Shown here: piece by piece, positions 23,798-32,000 of the stretch
Position numbering within the stretch: position 1 is the first letter of the stretch
Layout: every line of letters starts with the position of its first letter
Origin: Hyphomonadaceae bacterium
GTDB taxonomy: Bacteria; Pseudomonadota; Alphaproteobacteria; Caulobacterales; Aquidulcibacteraceae
Direction: 5' to 3'
Assembly: GCA_016791425.1 (NCBI GenBank)
Contig: JAEUMQ010000001.1
Coordinates: 33,138 to 65,137, forward strand
Length of the DNA: 32,000 nt
Translations under genes and position numbers: made by a program
Notes under the pieces: generated by a model
Told to the model about the DNA's origin: nothing
The model's input: the letters and a program-made list of their open reading frames with translations, nothing else
Databases searched by the model: none

Positions 23798-23990
23798 CGC
23801 CTGGCTCGGCGCCCTCCGAAGGCCGGGGATAGCGGGGATTTCGCCCTCCCTTTCCGGCCCGAATAAAGCCACAGGGCATAGCCACGAGGCACTCGTACGA
23901 GGCCGCTGATTCAACGGAGAGCCTGGCTTGGTCGAGCCGGAGGGCGCAGGGGAGCAGAAAACCCAGCCGCTTCAAGCGGTTCGCGACCGC

Positions 23991-26027
23991 ATGGCCAAGC
24001 TCCTGGGGCAGCGGAGCCATACCACGCTTGGAGTCGCCGCGATCGTCGGCGGCGTCGCGGCCCTGATCGCGGTGCTGGGCGTCTGGGCCTGGATCTATTG
24101 GGGCCTGCCCTCGGTGCCGGACGGCAAGTCGCTCTGGTCGCTGAACCGGCGTCCCGGCATCACCTTCCTCGACCGCGAAGGCCGCACCCTCGGCGTCCGC
24201 GGCCCCTATTACGGCCGCCGCATCGCGCTTTCCGATCTGCCCGAATACGTGCCCCAGGCCTTCCTCGCCATCGAGGACCGCCGCTTCTACCAGCACCGCG
24301 GCGTCGATCGCGCTGCCGTGCTGCGCGCGTTCTTCGCCAACATGGCCGCCGGGCGCACGGTGCAGGGCGGCTCCACCATCACCCAGCAGCTCGCGCGCAA
24401 CCTCTTCCTCACGCCGAAACAGACCCTGCGCCGAAAAGTGCAGGAGATGGTGCTCGCCTCGCGCATCGAGCAATTGCTCGCCAAGGACGACATCCTCGAG
24501 CTCTACTTGAACCGCGTCTATTTCGGCGACCAGGCCTTCGGCATCGACGCCGCCGCGCGCCGCTTCTTCGGCAAGGCGCCGCAGGATCTCACCGTCGCGG
24601 AAGCCGCGATGCTCGCCGGGCTGCCCAAGGCGCCCTCGCGCACCGCGCCCTCGCAAAGCCTGGAGCGCGCCACCGAGCGCCAGCACCAGGTGCTGCTGGC
24701 GATGGTCGAGGCGCGCTACATCACCGAGGAGCAGAGGCAAGAAGCGCTCAAGACCCGCATCAACGTCGCCCGCTCCACCAGCGAAGGCGCGCTCGGCTAC
24801 GCCTTTGACATGGCGTTCGCCGAAGCCTGCAATCATATCGGCCGCAACCGCGACGCCGCCGACGCCGAGGACCAGATGCTTTGTCCGGCCGAGCCGGGCC
24901 AGCGCAAGCGTTATCCCCCGAACGCCGGCGATCTTGTGATCACGCTCTCGATCAATCGCCAGCTGCAGCAGACCGCCTCGCGTATCGTCTCCGATCATCT
25001 CGGCGCCCGCGCCCGCAACGCCCGCCATCCGCTGCAGGCCGCGATGGTCATGCTCGACCGCGACGGCGCCGTGCGCGTGCTCATCGGCGGCGCCGACTAT
25101 GCGCGCTCGAAATACAACCGCGTCGTCCAGGCCCGCCGCCAGCCCGGCTCCTCGTTCAAGGCCTTCGTTTACGCCGCCGCCATCGAGCGGGGCCTCGACA
25201 CCGAGGAAGTGCGCTACGACGAGCCCGTCGTGATCAATGGCTGGCGCCCGCAGAATTACGACCAGGGCTATCGCGGCGCGGTCACGCTGCGCACGGCCTT
25301 CGCCCAGTCGATCAACACGGTGGCGGCGCAGGTCGTCGATGAGATCGGCCCGCGCGAGGTCGCCGACCTCGCCGAGCGCTTCGGCGTCTCCAGCATGCCC
25401 GCGCGCGGCAAGTTCGTGCCGCCCTCGATCGCGCTCGGCACCATCGAAGTGACGCTCTGGGACATGACCAAGGCGTTCGGGACCTTCATGCTCGAAGGCC
25501 GCCGCGTCGATCCCTATCTCGTCGAGCGCATCGAGACCTCGAGCGGCGAGGCGCTCTATGCGCGCGCCGAGCAGCGTCCGCGCATCGTCTATGAGCCCGA
25601 GCTCGCGCACCGCATGACGAGCATGCTGGGCGCGGTCGTGCTCAACGGCACCGGCGTGCGCGCCCAGCTCTCCAACCGCGACGCCGCCGGCAAGACCGGC
25701 ACCAGCCAGGATTGGCGCGACGCCTGGTTCATCGGCTACACGGCCGATTACGTCGCCGGCGTCTGGGTCGGCCTCGACGCGGATGAATCCATGCTGCGTC
25801 CGTTCGGCCGTATCACCGGCGGCGCCACCCCCGCCGAGATCTGGCACGACGTGATGACGGTCGCGCATCGCGGCACGCCGGTGCGCCGCCTCGTCGGCAT
25901 CGAGCAGCCGGACCGGACGCCCGAGCAGCTGGAGCTCGCCACCTTCTATGACTCGCTCAAGAAGGCCTTCAGCGACATTCAGCAGGAATTCCGCGACGAG
26001 CCGCCGCCGGACGATTTCTTCCGCTGA
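23991..26027 (+). CDS. class A (bifunctional) penicillin-binding protein, PBP1A family: GT51 transglycosylase + transpeptidase
   Basis: The GT51 motifs are EDRRFYQHRGVD, GGSTITQQLARNLF, RKVQEMVLASRIE and ILELYLNRVYFG. The transpeptidase motifs are PGSSFKAF (SxxK), SIN (SxN) and KTGTS. An N-terminal TM anchor follows the ATG at 23991, and the track start TTG at 23928 is possible. Confidence 0.92.
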   Translation: MAKLLGQRSHTTLGVAAIVGGVAALIAVLGVWAWIYWGLPSVPDGKSLWSLNRRPGITFLDREGRTLGVRGPYYGRRIALSDLPEYVPQAFLAIEDRRFYQHRGVDRAAVLRAFFANMAAGRTVQGGSTITQQLARNLFLTPKQTLRRKVQEMVLASRIEQLLAKDDILELYLNRVYFGDQAFGIDAAARRFFGKAPQDLTVAEAAMLAGLPKAPSRTAPSQSLERATERQHQVLLAMVEARYITEEQRQEALKTRINVARSTSEGALGYAFDMAFAEACNHIGRNRDAADAEDQMLCPAEPGQRKRYPPNAGDLVITLSINRQLQQTASRIVSDHLGARARNARHPLQAAMVMLDRDGAVRVLIGGADYARSKYNRVVQARRQPGSSFKAFVYAAAIERGLDTEEVRYDEPVVINGWRPQNYDQGYRGAVTLRTAFAQSINTVAAQVVDEIGPREVADLAERFGVSSMPARGKFVPPSIALGTIEVTLWDMTKAFGTFMLEGRRVDPYLVERIETSSGEALYARAEQRPRIVYEPELAHRMTSMLGAVVLNGTGVRAQLSNRDAAGKTGTSQDWRDAWFIGYTADYVAGVWVGLDADESMLRPFGRITGGATPAEIWHDVMTVAHRGTPVRRLVGIEQPDRTPEQLELATFYDSLKKAFSDIQQEFRDEPPPDDFFR

Positions 26028-26145
26028 TCCCTCGTCAGCCCCAGCCCGGATACCGGAAACGAGCGCCTGAAGTAATCAATCGGAAACGAAGAATCTTGAA
26101 TTAGCCGCATCAGGCTTAACGCGGCAGCAACTCGATCATGGGCCA

Positions 26146-26613
26146 ATGGCGCCTATGAAGATCGGCCTTTTCGCCATCGCCTTGACGGCGTTCGCCGCCG
26201 CCGGCTTCGCGCCCTTGAACGAGGACGCGGTCGGCCTGCAGGGCAGCTACACGGTCGCGCCGTCGGCCGATCTGCGCGCCTGCGCCAGCGCCTGCGAGGC
26301 CGACGGCCTCTGCATGAGCTGGGCCTATTCCACCGACGGACAATGCGCGATGAGCGCCGTCACGCCGACGAGCGGGGTGACGCCCGGCCTCACCTGGGGC
26401 CTCGCCTCGCGCGCCTCCCGCTTCGAATGGCAGCCCGCCGCGCCCGCGCCGAGCGCCGAAGAAGCCGACGCAACCGCCCCCGCGCGCGAGTTCCGCAATC
26501 CCTTCGAGCCGCTTGAGGAAAAGCAGGCGCCCGCCGACACGCTGCTCGGCGGCCCGGCCGGCCCCGACGGCCTGCGCCTTCGTTTCGCCGAGGAACGCGC
26601 AACGACCCCGTGA
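26146..26613 (+). CDS. secreted PAN/Apple-like domain protein with Pro/Ala-rich tail
   Basis: The signal peptide is MKIGLFAIALTAFAAAGFA. The Cys pattern LRACASACEADGLCMSWAYSTDGQCAM resembles PAN/Apple modules, and the C-terminus is low complexity. GC3 is high, consistent with real coding. The ATG at 26155 is an alternative start. Confidence 0.55.
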   Translation: MAPMKIGLFAIALTAFAAAGFAPLNEDAVGLQGSYTVAPSADLRACASACEADGLCMSWAYSTDGQCAMSAVTPTSGVTPGLTWGLASRASRFEWQPAAPAPSAEEADATAPAREFRNPFEPLEEKQAPADTLLGGPAGPDGLRLRFAEERATTP

Positions 26614-26725
26614 GCGCTCGCGGCGCTTTCGCGTACGAAATCTTTACTCCGATCGTTCATAGATGGCCGCCCAGGGCGCGATCGAGAACCATCGCCCTGA
26701 TCTGAAGAATTCAGCGGGCCTCGCG

Positions 26726-27814
26726 ATGACCACCTCACGTTTCGGCAAGCTCGTCGAGCTTGCGCGCGTCACTGATAGCGAGCGCCGCCGCGAGCTGCTG
26801 CGCGAAGTGACCGACCTCTTCTTCGAGACGACAGGCGCCCGCACCCAGACCGCCGACGAGCTCTTCAGCGACATCCTCCGCACCGTCTGCGCCGACATGC
26901 AGGACGGCGTCCTGACCGAGCTCGCCGAACGCTTCGCCGACGCCCCCGACGCCCCCGTCGCGCTCATGGCCGACCTCGCCAACCATTCCTTCGAGGTCGC
27001 CGCCCCTGTGCTCACCCGTTCCAGCGTGCTTGGCGACGACCTCCTCCTCGAGGTCGTGCACACCAAGAGCCAGGAGCACATCAAGGCCATCGCCCAGCGC
27101 CCGACCGTGAGCGAGAAGCTGTCCGACGCCGTCGTGGCCAAGGGCGACGACCGCGCTCTCGACGCGCTCATCCGCAACGAAGGCGCGACGATCTCGCGCA
27201 CCGCGTTCGAGGTCGTGACCGAGCGCGCGCGCGCCAATGTCGCGCTGCACGAAGGCATGGTCACCCGCTCCGACCTGCCGCTCGATCTCCTCAACGACAT
27301 GTATTTCGTCGTCGCCGCCGGCCTGCGCGATCAGATCCTGACCCGCAACGCCTCGGTCGATCCCGCCGCGCTCGACGCCGCGCTCGCCAAGACCCGCGCG
27401 CGCCTGACGCGCTCCTCCGCCGCCCAGACCGACGACGCGCGCCGCGCCGAGCGCTTCATCCAGCTGAAGAAGGCCGCCGGCGAATTGAACGGCATCCTGC
27501 TCGTCTCGCTCTTCCGCGCGCGCCAGATCCTGCAATTCCAGTACGGCCTCGCCGAGCTCACCAATCTCGACGTCGAGACCGTGCGCCAGCTGATCGACCG
27601 CAAGGACATCGACGCGCTCGCCATGATTTGCCGCGCCGCCGGCATCGAGCGCGCGCTCTTCGTCACGCTCGCCATCGTCGTCATCGGCGGCGAAGACGCG
27701 GTGAAGCGCGGCGAGGAATTCGGCAAGCTCTACCAGGCCGTCCCGATCGAAGCCGCCCAACGCGCCATGCGCTTCTACAAGGTCCGCAAAGCCAGCGAAA
27801 AAGAAGCCGCTTAG
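26726..27814 (+). CDS. DUF2336-like all-helical (HEAT/ARM-like) protein
   Basis: The N-terminus from ATG 26726, MTTSRFGKLVELARVTDSERRRELLREVTDLFF, and repeated helical blocks (...VLGDDLLLEVVHTKSQEHIKAIAQRPTVSEKLSDAVVAKGDDRALDALIRN...) match my memory of alphaproteobacterial DUF2336 proteins. This was not verified by search. Confidence 0.6.
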   Translation: MTTSRFGKLVELARVTDSERRRELLREVTDLFFETTGARTQTADELFSDILRTVCADMQDGVLTELAERFADAPDAPVALMADLANHSFEVAAPVLTRSSVLGDDLLLEVVHTKSQEHIKAIAQRPTVSEKLSDAVVAKGDDRALDALIRNEGATISRTAFEVVTERARANVALHEGMVTRSDLPLDLLNDMYFVVAAGLRDQILTRNASVDPAALDAALAKTRARLTRSSAAQTDDARRAERFIQLKKAAGELNGILLVSLFRARQILQFQYGLAELTNLDVETVRQLIDRKDIDALAMICRAAGIERALFVTLAIVVIGGEDAVKRGEEFGKLYQAVPIEAAQRAMRFYKVRKASEKEAA

Positions 27815-27838
27815 TTCTCCGCCTTAAGCAGAACGATT

Positions 27839-28033
27839 GCACGCTCCCCGGCCGAGCGAAGCGAGAGCCGGGGCCCAAGCCTCCACTTCACTCCCGCAAG
27901 CAGATCGTCCGCACGCTCCCCGGCCGAGCGCGTCGGCGCGAGAGTCGGGGCCCAATCACCGCCTAGTCCAACGACGGAAGAGTCTTCCCCACGTTGGACC
28001 CCGGATCGCCGCTGCGCGACGTCCGGGGAGCGT
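27839..28033. repeat. REP-like hairpin family 2: three copies (two direct, one inverted) of ACGCTCCCCGG...CCGGGGNCCA
   Basis: R1 is 27839-27877 (gcacgctccccggccgagcgaagcgagagccggggccca). R2 is 27911-27954 (gcacgctccccggccgagcgcgtcggcgcgagagtcggggccca). R3 is 27995-28033 in inverted orientation (reverse complement gacgctccccggacgtcgcgcagcggcgatccggggtcca). Each can fold through ccccgg/ccgggg arms. Confidence 0.75.
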
Positions 28034-28082
28034 CTTGGGCCGCCGGCTTCCAGCCGGCATCATCGCCGCTACAGAACCTCTG

Positions 28083-28126
28083 AACGGGGGAGGTGTCGCT
28101 CGCATCGCGAGCGACGGAGGGGGCGC
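28083..28126. repeat. REP-like family 1, copy B
   Basis: acgggggaggtgtcgctcgcaTcgcgagcgacggagggggcgca differs at one base from 18994-19037. It retains the gtcgctcgc/gcgagcgac hairpin but lacks the left cctccccc arm of copy A. Confidence 0.8.
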
Positions 28127-28176
28127 ACCACCCTCGACGTTCCGAGAAGAGCGCTTAATCACGACGCTTGCTCATC

Positions 28177-28258
28177 ACCTCTCCCCCTTTGAGAGGGAGA
28201 GGGTTCGGGTGAGGGGCAGCGCCAACACCTTGGCTGTCTTCGGCGTCGTGGCGACAGC
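28177..28258. repeat. two further stem-loops in the DUF2336/prfC convergent spacer
   Basis: One is cctctccc (28177-28184) / gggagagg (28194-28201) with a 9-nt loop. The other is ggctgtc (28231-28237) / gacagcc (28252-28258) with a 14-nt loop, ending 8 nt from the prfC stop. In addition, gccggc-N5-gccggc lies at 28041-28057. Neither is followed by a T tract. Confidence 0.6.
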
Positions 28259-28266
28259 CTGAAAGG

Positions 28267-29823
<1,557 letters not shown>

Positions 29824-29870
29824 GGCCGGCTGATGTGGCAAGCCCGCGCGCCCCCGTCCAGGCGCGACAG

Positions 29871-29909
29871 GCCCAAAGACCAGCCCAGAGACCAGCCCAG
29901 AGACCAGCC
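29871..29909. repeat. 12-bp tandem repeat x3 (gcccaaagacca gcccagagacca gcccagagacca gcc) in the prfC / TIR-gene divergent spacer
   Basis: This was read directly from the sequence. The units are 29871-29882, 29883-29894 and 29895-29906, plus a partial fourth. There is one A/G difference in the first unit. Confidence 0.85.
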
Positions 29910-29971
29910 TTGCAAACCCGGAAGTTCGCCGCCGCCCCTGCCTCTGCTAAAGGGGCGAATCTGGAGGCCTG

Positions 29972-31357
29972 ATGCCGGACGCCTACGTTTCCTTCGCGCG
30001 CGAGGACCGCGACCGGGTGGAGCCCGTCGTCCGGGCCCTGGAAGCGCGCGGCTTCGACGTCTGGTGGAAGCCGGAAATCCCGCCCGACGCGCCCGCCGCC
30101 GCCGCCGCGCTGAGGGATTCCAAGGCTGTGCTCGCCGCCTGGTCCCCCGCCGCCGCCCGCACCGAGGCCGTGGCCGCCGAGCTTGAGGCCGGCCGGGGCC
30201 GCCTCCTGCCCTTCCTGATCGAGGCGCTGCCCGTGGAGCCGCACGCGGCCTTCGCAGCAGCGCCGGTCGATCTCGCCCAATGGCCCGACGCCGCCGCCGC
30301 GCCCGATTTCGAGCGGCTGGTCCAGGCGCTCGCCGCCCGCCGCGGCCGCCCCGCCACGGCCATCACCACCCGTTCCGGCGCCGGGCGCTTCCAACCCGCC
30401 ATCCTGCTCGCCGCGGCCTTGTCGGTGGTCGCGGTCGCCGTTCTGCTGGTGAGCAATCTCGTCCGCCCGCCGGACTTCCTCGCCCCCGCGCCGGGCGCGC
30501 CGGAATATGCCGAGACCGAAGGTGAGGCCACCGACAGCCCCGGCGCCGCCGAGCGCTACGGCCTCGCCAAGCTGGAGATCGATGCGCTGCCGCCGCAGGA
30601 GCTGATCGAGCTCGCCATGCAGCGCACGTCGATCGAAGCGATCGAAGCGGAAGCCGCCGCCGGCGACGCCTTCGGCCTCACCTTGCTCTGTCTCGCGCGC
30701 TCTTTCGGCGAAGGCCTCGACCGCGACCAGCAGGCCGCGCGCCGCGCCTGCGAACAGGGCTCGGCTGCGGGCGATGCGCTCGCCACGTTCATGCTTAGCA
30801 ATTTCGCCCGCGCCGGCGCCGAGGGCTATGCGCCCAATGCCGGCGACATCGCCGAGGCCGACCGCCTGCTTGCCCAGGCCGCCGCAGCCGGAGACGCGCG
30901 CGCCGAAACCGAGCTCGGGCGCAAACATCTGCTCACGGATCAATCCGCCGAAGCCGCGCCCCTCGTCCGCAGCGCCGCCGACAAGGGCTATCTTCCCGCG
31001 CAGGTCTTCCTGGGCTGGATGTTCGAGCAGGGCCGCGGCGTCGAGAAGGACTACCAGCGCGCGATGGCCTGGTATGCGCGCGCCGGCCGCTCCGGCTCTC
31101 CCGCCGGCATGCGTGCGCTCGGCGCCCTCTACGAGCAGGGCCTCGGCGTGGCGCGCGATTACGGCCGCGCGCGCGAGCAATATCAAGGCGCCTCCAATCG
31201 CGGCGACGGCGAAGCGTCCTGGCGCCTCGGGCGCATGTTCGAGCGCGGTCTTGGCGGCGCGCGCGACATGGCCCGCGCCCGCGAGCTCTATTCGATGGCG
31301 CTTGCACAGGGCTACCAGCCGGCCCAGGCCGACGTTCTCCGCGTCGGCCGCGGCTAA
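29972..31357 (+). CDS. TIR domain - single TM - Sel1-like repeat (SLR) protein, 461 aa
   Basis: A GGAGG lies 6 nt upstream of the ATG. The N-terminal ~125 aa follow the bacterial TIR_2 pattern: DAYVSFAREDRDRV (betaA), GFDVWWK (betaB), KAVLAAWSPAA (betaC), an alphaC with E65/E70 (TEAVAAELEA), and RLLPFLIEALP (betaD). The TM helix is AILLAAALSVVAVAVLLVSNLV (aa ~142-164) with Arg-rich residues on its N-side. The C-terminal half has at least 5 Sel1 repeats (e.g. AADKGYLPAQVFLGWMFEQGRGVEKDYQRAMAWYARAG, GSPAGMRALGALYEQGLGVARDYGRAREQYQGAS, GDGEASWRLGRMFERGLGGARDMARARELYSMA). Confidence 0.8.
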   Translation: MPDAYVSFAREDRDRVEPVVRALEARGFDVWWKPEIPPDAPAAAAALRDSKAVLAAWSPAAARTEAVAAELEAGRGRLLPFLIEALPVEPHAAFAAAPVDLAQWPDAAAAPDFERLVQALAARRGRPATAITTRSGAGRFQPAILLAAALSVVAVAVLLVSNLVRPPDFLAPAPGAPEYAETEGEATDSPGAAERYGLAKLEIDALPPQELIELAMQRTSIEAIEAEAAAGDAFGLTLLCLARSFGEGLDRDQQAARRACEQGSAAGDALATFMLSNFARAGAEGYAPNAGDIAEADRLLAQAAAAGDARAETELGRKHLLTDQSAEAAPLVRSAADKGYLPAQVFLGWMFEQGRGVEKDYQRAMAWYARAGRSGSPAGMRALGALYEQGLGVARDYGRAREQYQGASNRGDGEASWRLGRMFERGLGGARDMARARELYSMALAQGYQPAQADVLRVGRG

Positions 31358-31374
31358 CCGCCGCGTCGCAAGCT

Positions 31375-31425
31375 CCTCCCCCGTTCACGGTGTTGGCTTG
31401 GCTCGCGCAGCGAGCGACGGAGGGG
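31375..31425. repeat. REP-like family 1, diverged copy C
   Basis: It shares cctcccccgttcacgg (31375-31390 = 18982-18997) and gcgagcgacggagggg (31410-31425) with copy A. The central hairpin is retained as gctcgc/gcgagc. It lies in the convergent spacer between the TIR-Sel1 gene and the DUF1491-like gene. Confidence 0.65.
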
Positions 31426-31437
31426 ACCGCGGGCGCG

Positions 31438-31782
31438 CTACGCCCGATCTATCTTCTCCGTCAAGAACGTGCGCCCCTGCCGGTCCTCGATCTCGATCAC
31501 CCAGAGATCCGGATCCTGCGCGCTTCGCTTACGCACGTATTCATCCACGGCGCGCTCCTCCTCCCCCAGCGATCCCGCCGACAGATCGAGCCACACCCGC
31601 TCGCCTTCGCCGTCCCGCGCCGGCGCATAAAGCCGCGCCTTTCCGTCGAGCGTCGCCACCTTCACCAGCACCGCGCCCGCATCGCGGTCGCCGCGCCGCG
31701 CCACGACACCCATCGCCCCGGCGACCGCAGCGCGCCTGAGCAGCGCCTGCGCCCAGATTTCCGTCTTCAGCTCCGCGCTCAT
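31438..31782 (-). CDS. DUF1491-like small conserved alphaproteobacterial protein
   Basis: MSAELKTEIWAQALLRRAAVAGAMGVVARRGDRDAGAVLVKVATLDGKARLYAP...WVIEIEDRQGRTFL matches my recollection of the DUF1491 family. The start is the ATG at 31782. This was not verified by search. Confidence 0.6.
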   Translation of the reverse strand: MSAELKTEIWAQALLRRAAVAGAMGVVARRGDRDAGAVLVKVATLDGKARLYAPARDGEGERVWLDLSAGSLGEEERAVDEYVRKRSAQDPDLWVIEIEDRQGRTFLTEKIDRA

Positions 31783-31823
31783 CCGTTCATCCTAACGCAA
31801 GACGCGCTCATTAGCGTCAGCCC

Positions 31824-32000
31824 ATGCGCGCCGCGCTCCTCGCCCTTGCGCTTGTCTGCGCTGCGTCGCCCGCTGCGGCGCAGTCTGTCGCCGTCGCCGC
31901 CGACGCGCCCTCCGCGCGCGTCGCCTTCGCCGAGCGCCGCGCGCTCCTGGCCGCGGACGATTCCTGCCGCTACTTCACCCCCCAGGTGCGCGTCGCGCTC
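31824..32000 (+). CDS. hypothetical secreted protein, N-terminal fragment (runs off the right edge)
   Basis: My own translation from ATG 31824 is MRAALLALALVCAASPAAAQSVAVAADAPSARVAFAERRALLAADDSCRYFTPQVRVAL, open to the window end. It has a Sec-type signal peptide with AAA/Q. No family was recognised. Confidence 0.4.
   Translation, partial: MRAALLALALVCAASPAAAQSVAVAADAPSARVAFAERRALLAADDSCRYFTPQVRVAL

Noticed and set aside
29871-29909. Possible CRISPR or minisatellite.
   Set aside because: There are only three 12-bp units with no spacers, which is far too short and too simple for a CRISPR array. It is reported as a plain tandem repeat.

Overview
This is a very GC-rich alphaproteobacterial chromosomal window whose synteny looks like Rhizobiales/Hyphomicrobiales. 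From 1 to 23.7 kb essentially every real gene is on the minus strand.

(1) 1-8.9 kb holds an envelope and cytochrome-c maturation block. It contains a partial histidine kinase plus an OmpR-type regulator, DegP/HtrA, ccmH-ccmF-ccmE-ccmI (cycLKJH), and a second histidine kinase/regulator pair (FeuQ/FeuP-like) preceded by a small secreted PepSY/FeuN-like protein.

(2) 9.0-9.6 kb holds a vapBC toxin-antitoxin pair with an AT-rich palindromic promoter/operator.

(3) 9.6-10.5 kb holds a zinc-finger-less DnaJ/CbpA-like J-protein.

(4) 10.56-23.73 kb holds a complete, extremely compact 17-gene RcGTA-type gene transfer agent head-tail cluster, g1 to g15 including g3.5 and g10.1. The window has no integrase, repressor, replication or lysis genes. 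The one long intergenic gap in the cluster (g5/g6) is filled by a REP-like stem-loop array.

(5) 23.9-32 kb holds a class A PBP, a secreted PAN/Apple-like protein, a DUF2336-like protein, a 452-bp REP-dense convergent spacer, prfC, a TIR-TM-Sel1-repeat receptor-like protein, a DUF1491-like protein and a partial secreted protein.

I found no rRNA, tRNA or CRISPR array by eye. Many long ORFs in the supplied track are high-GC shadow frames and are not reported as genes. All homology calls come from motif recognition by eye; no database search was run.
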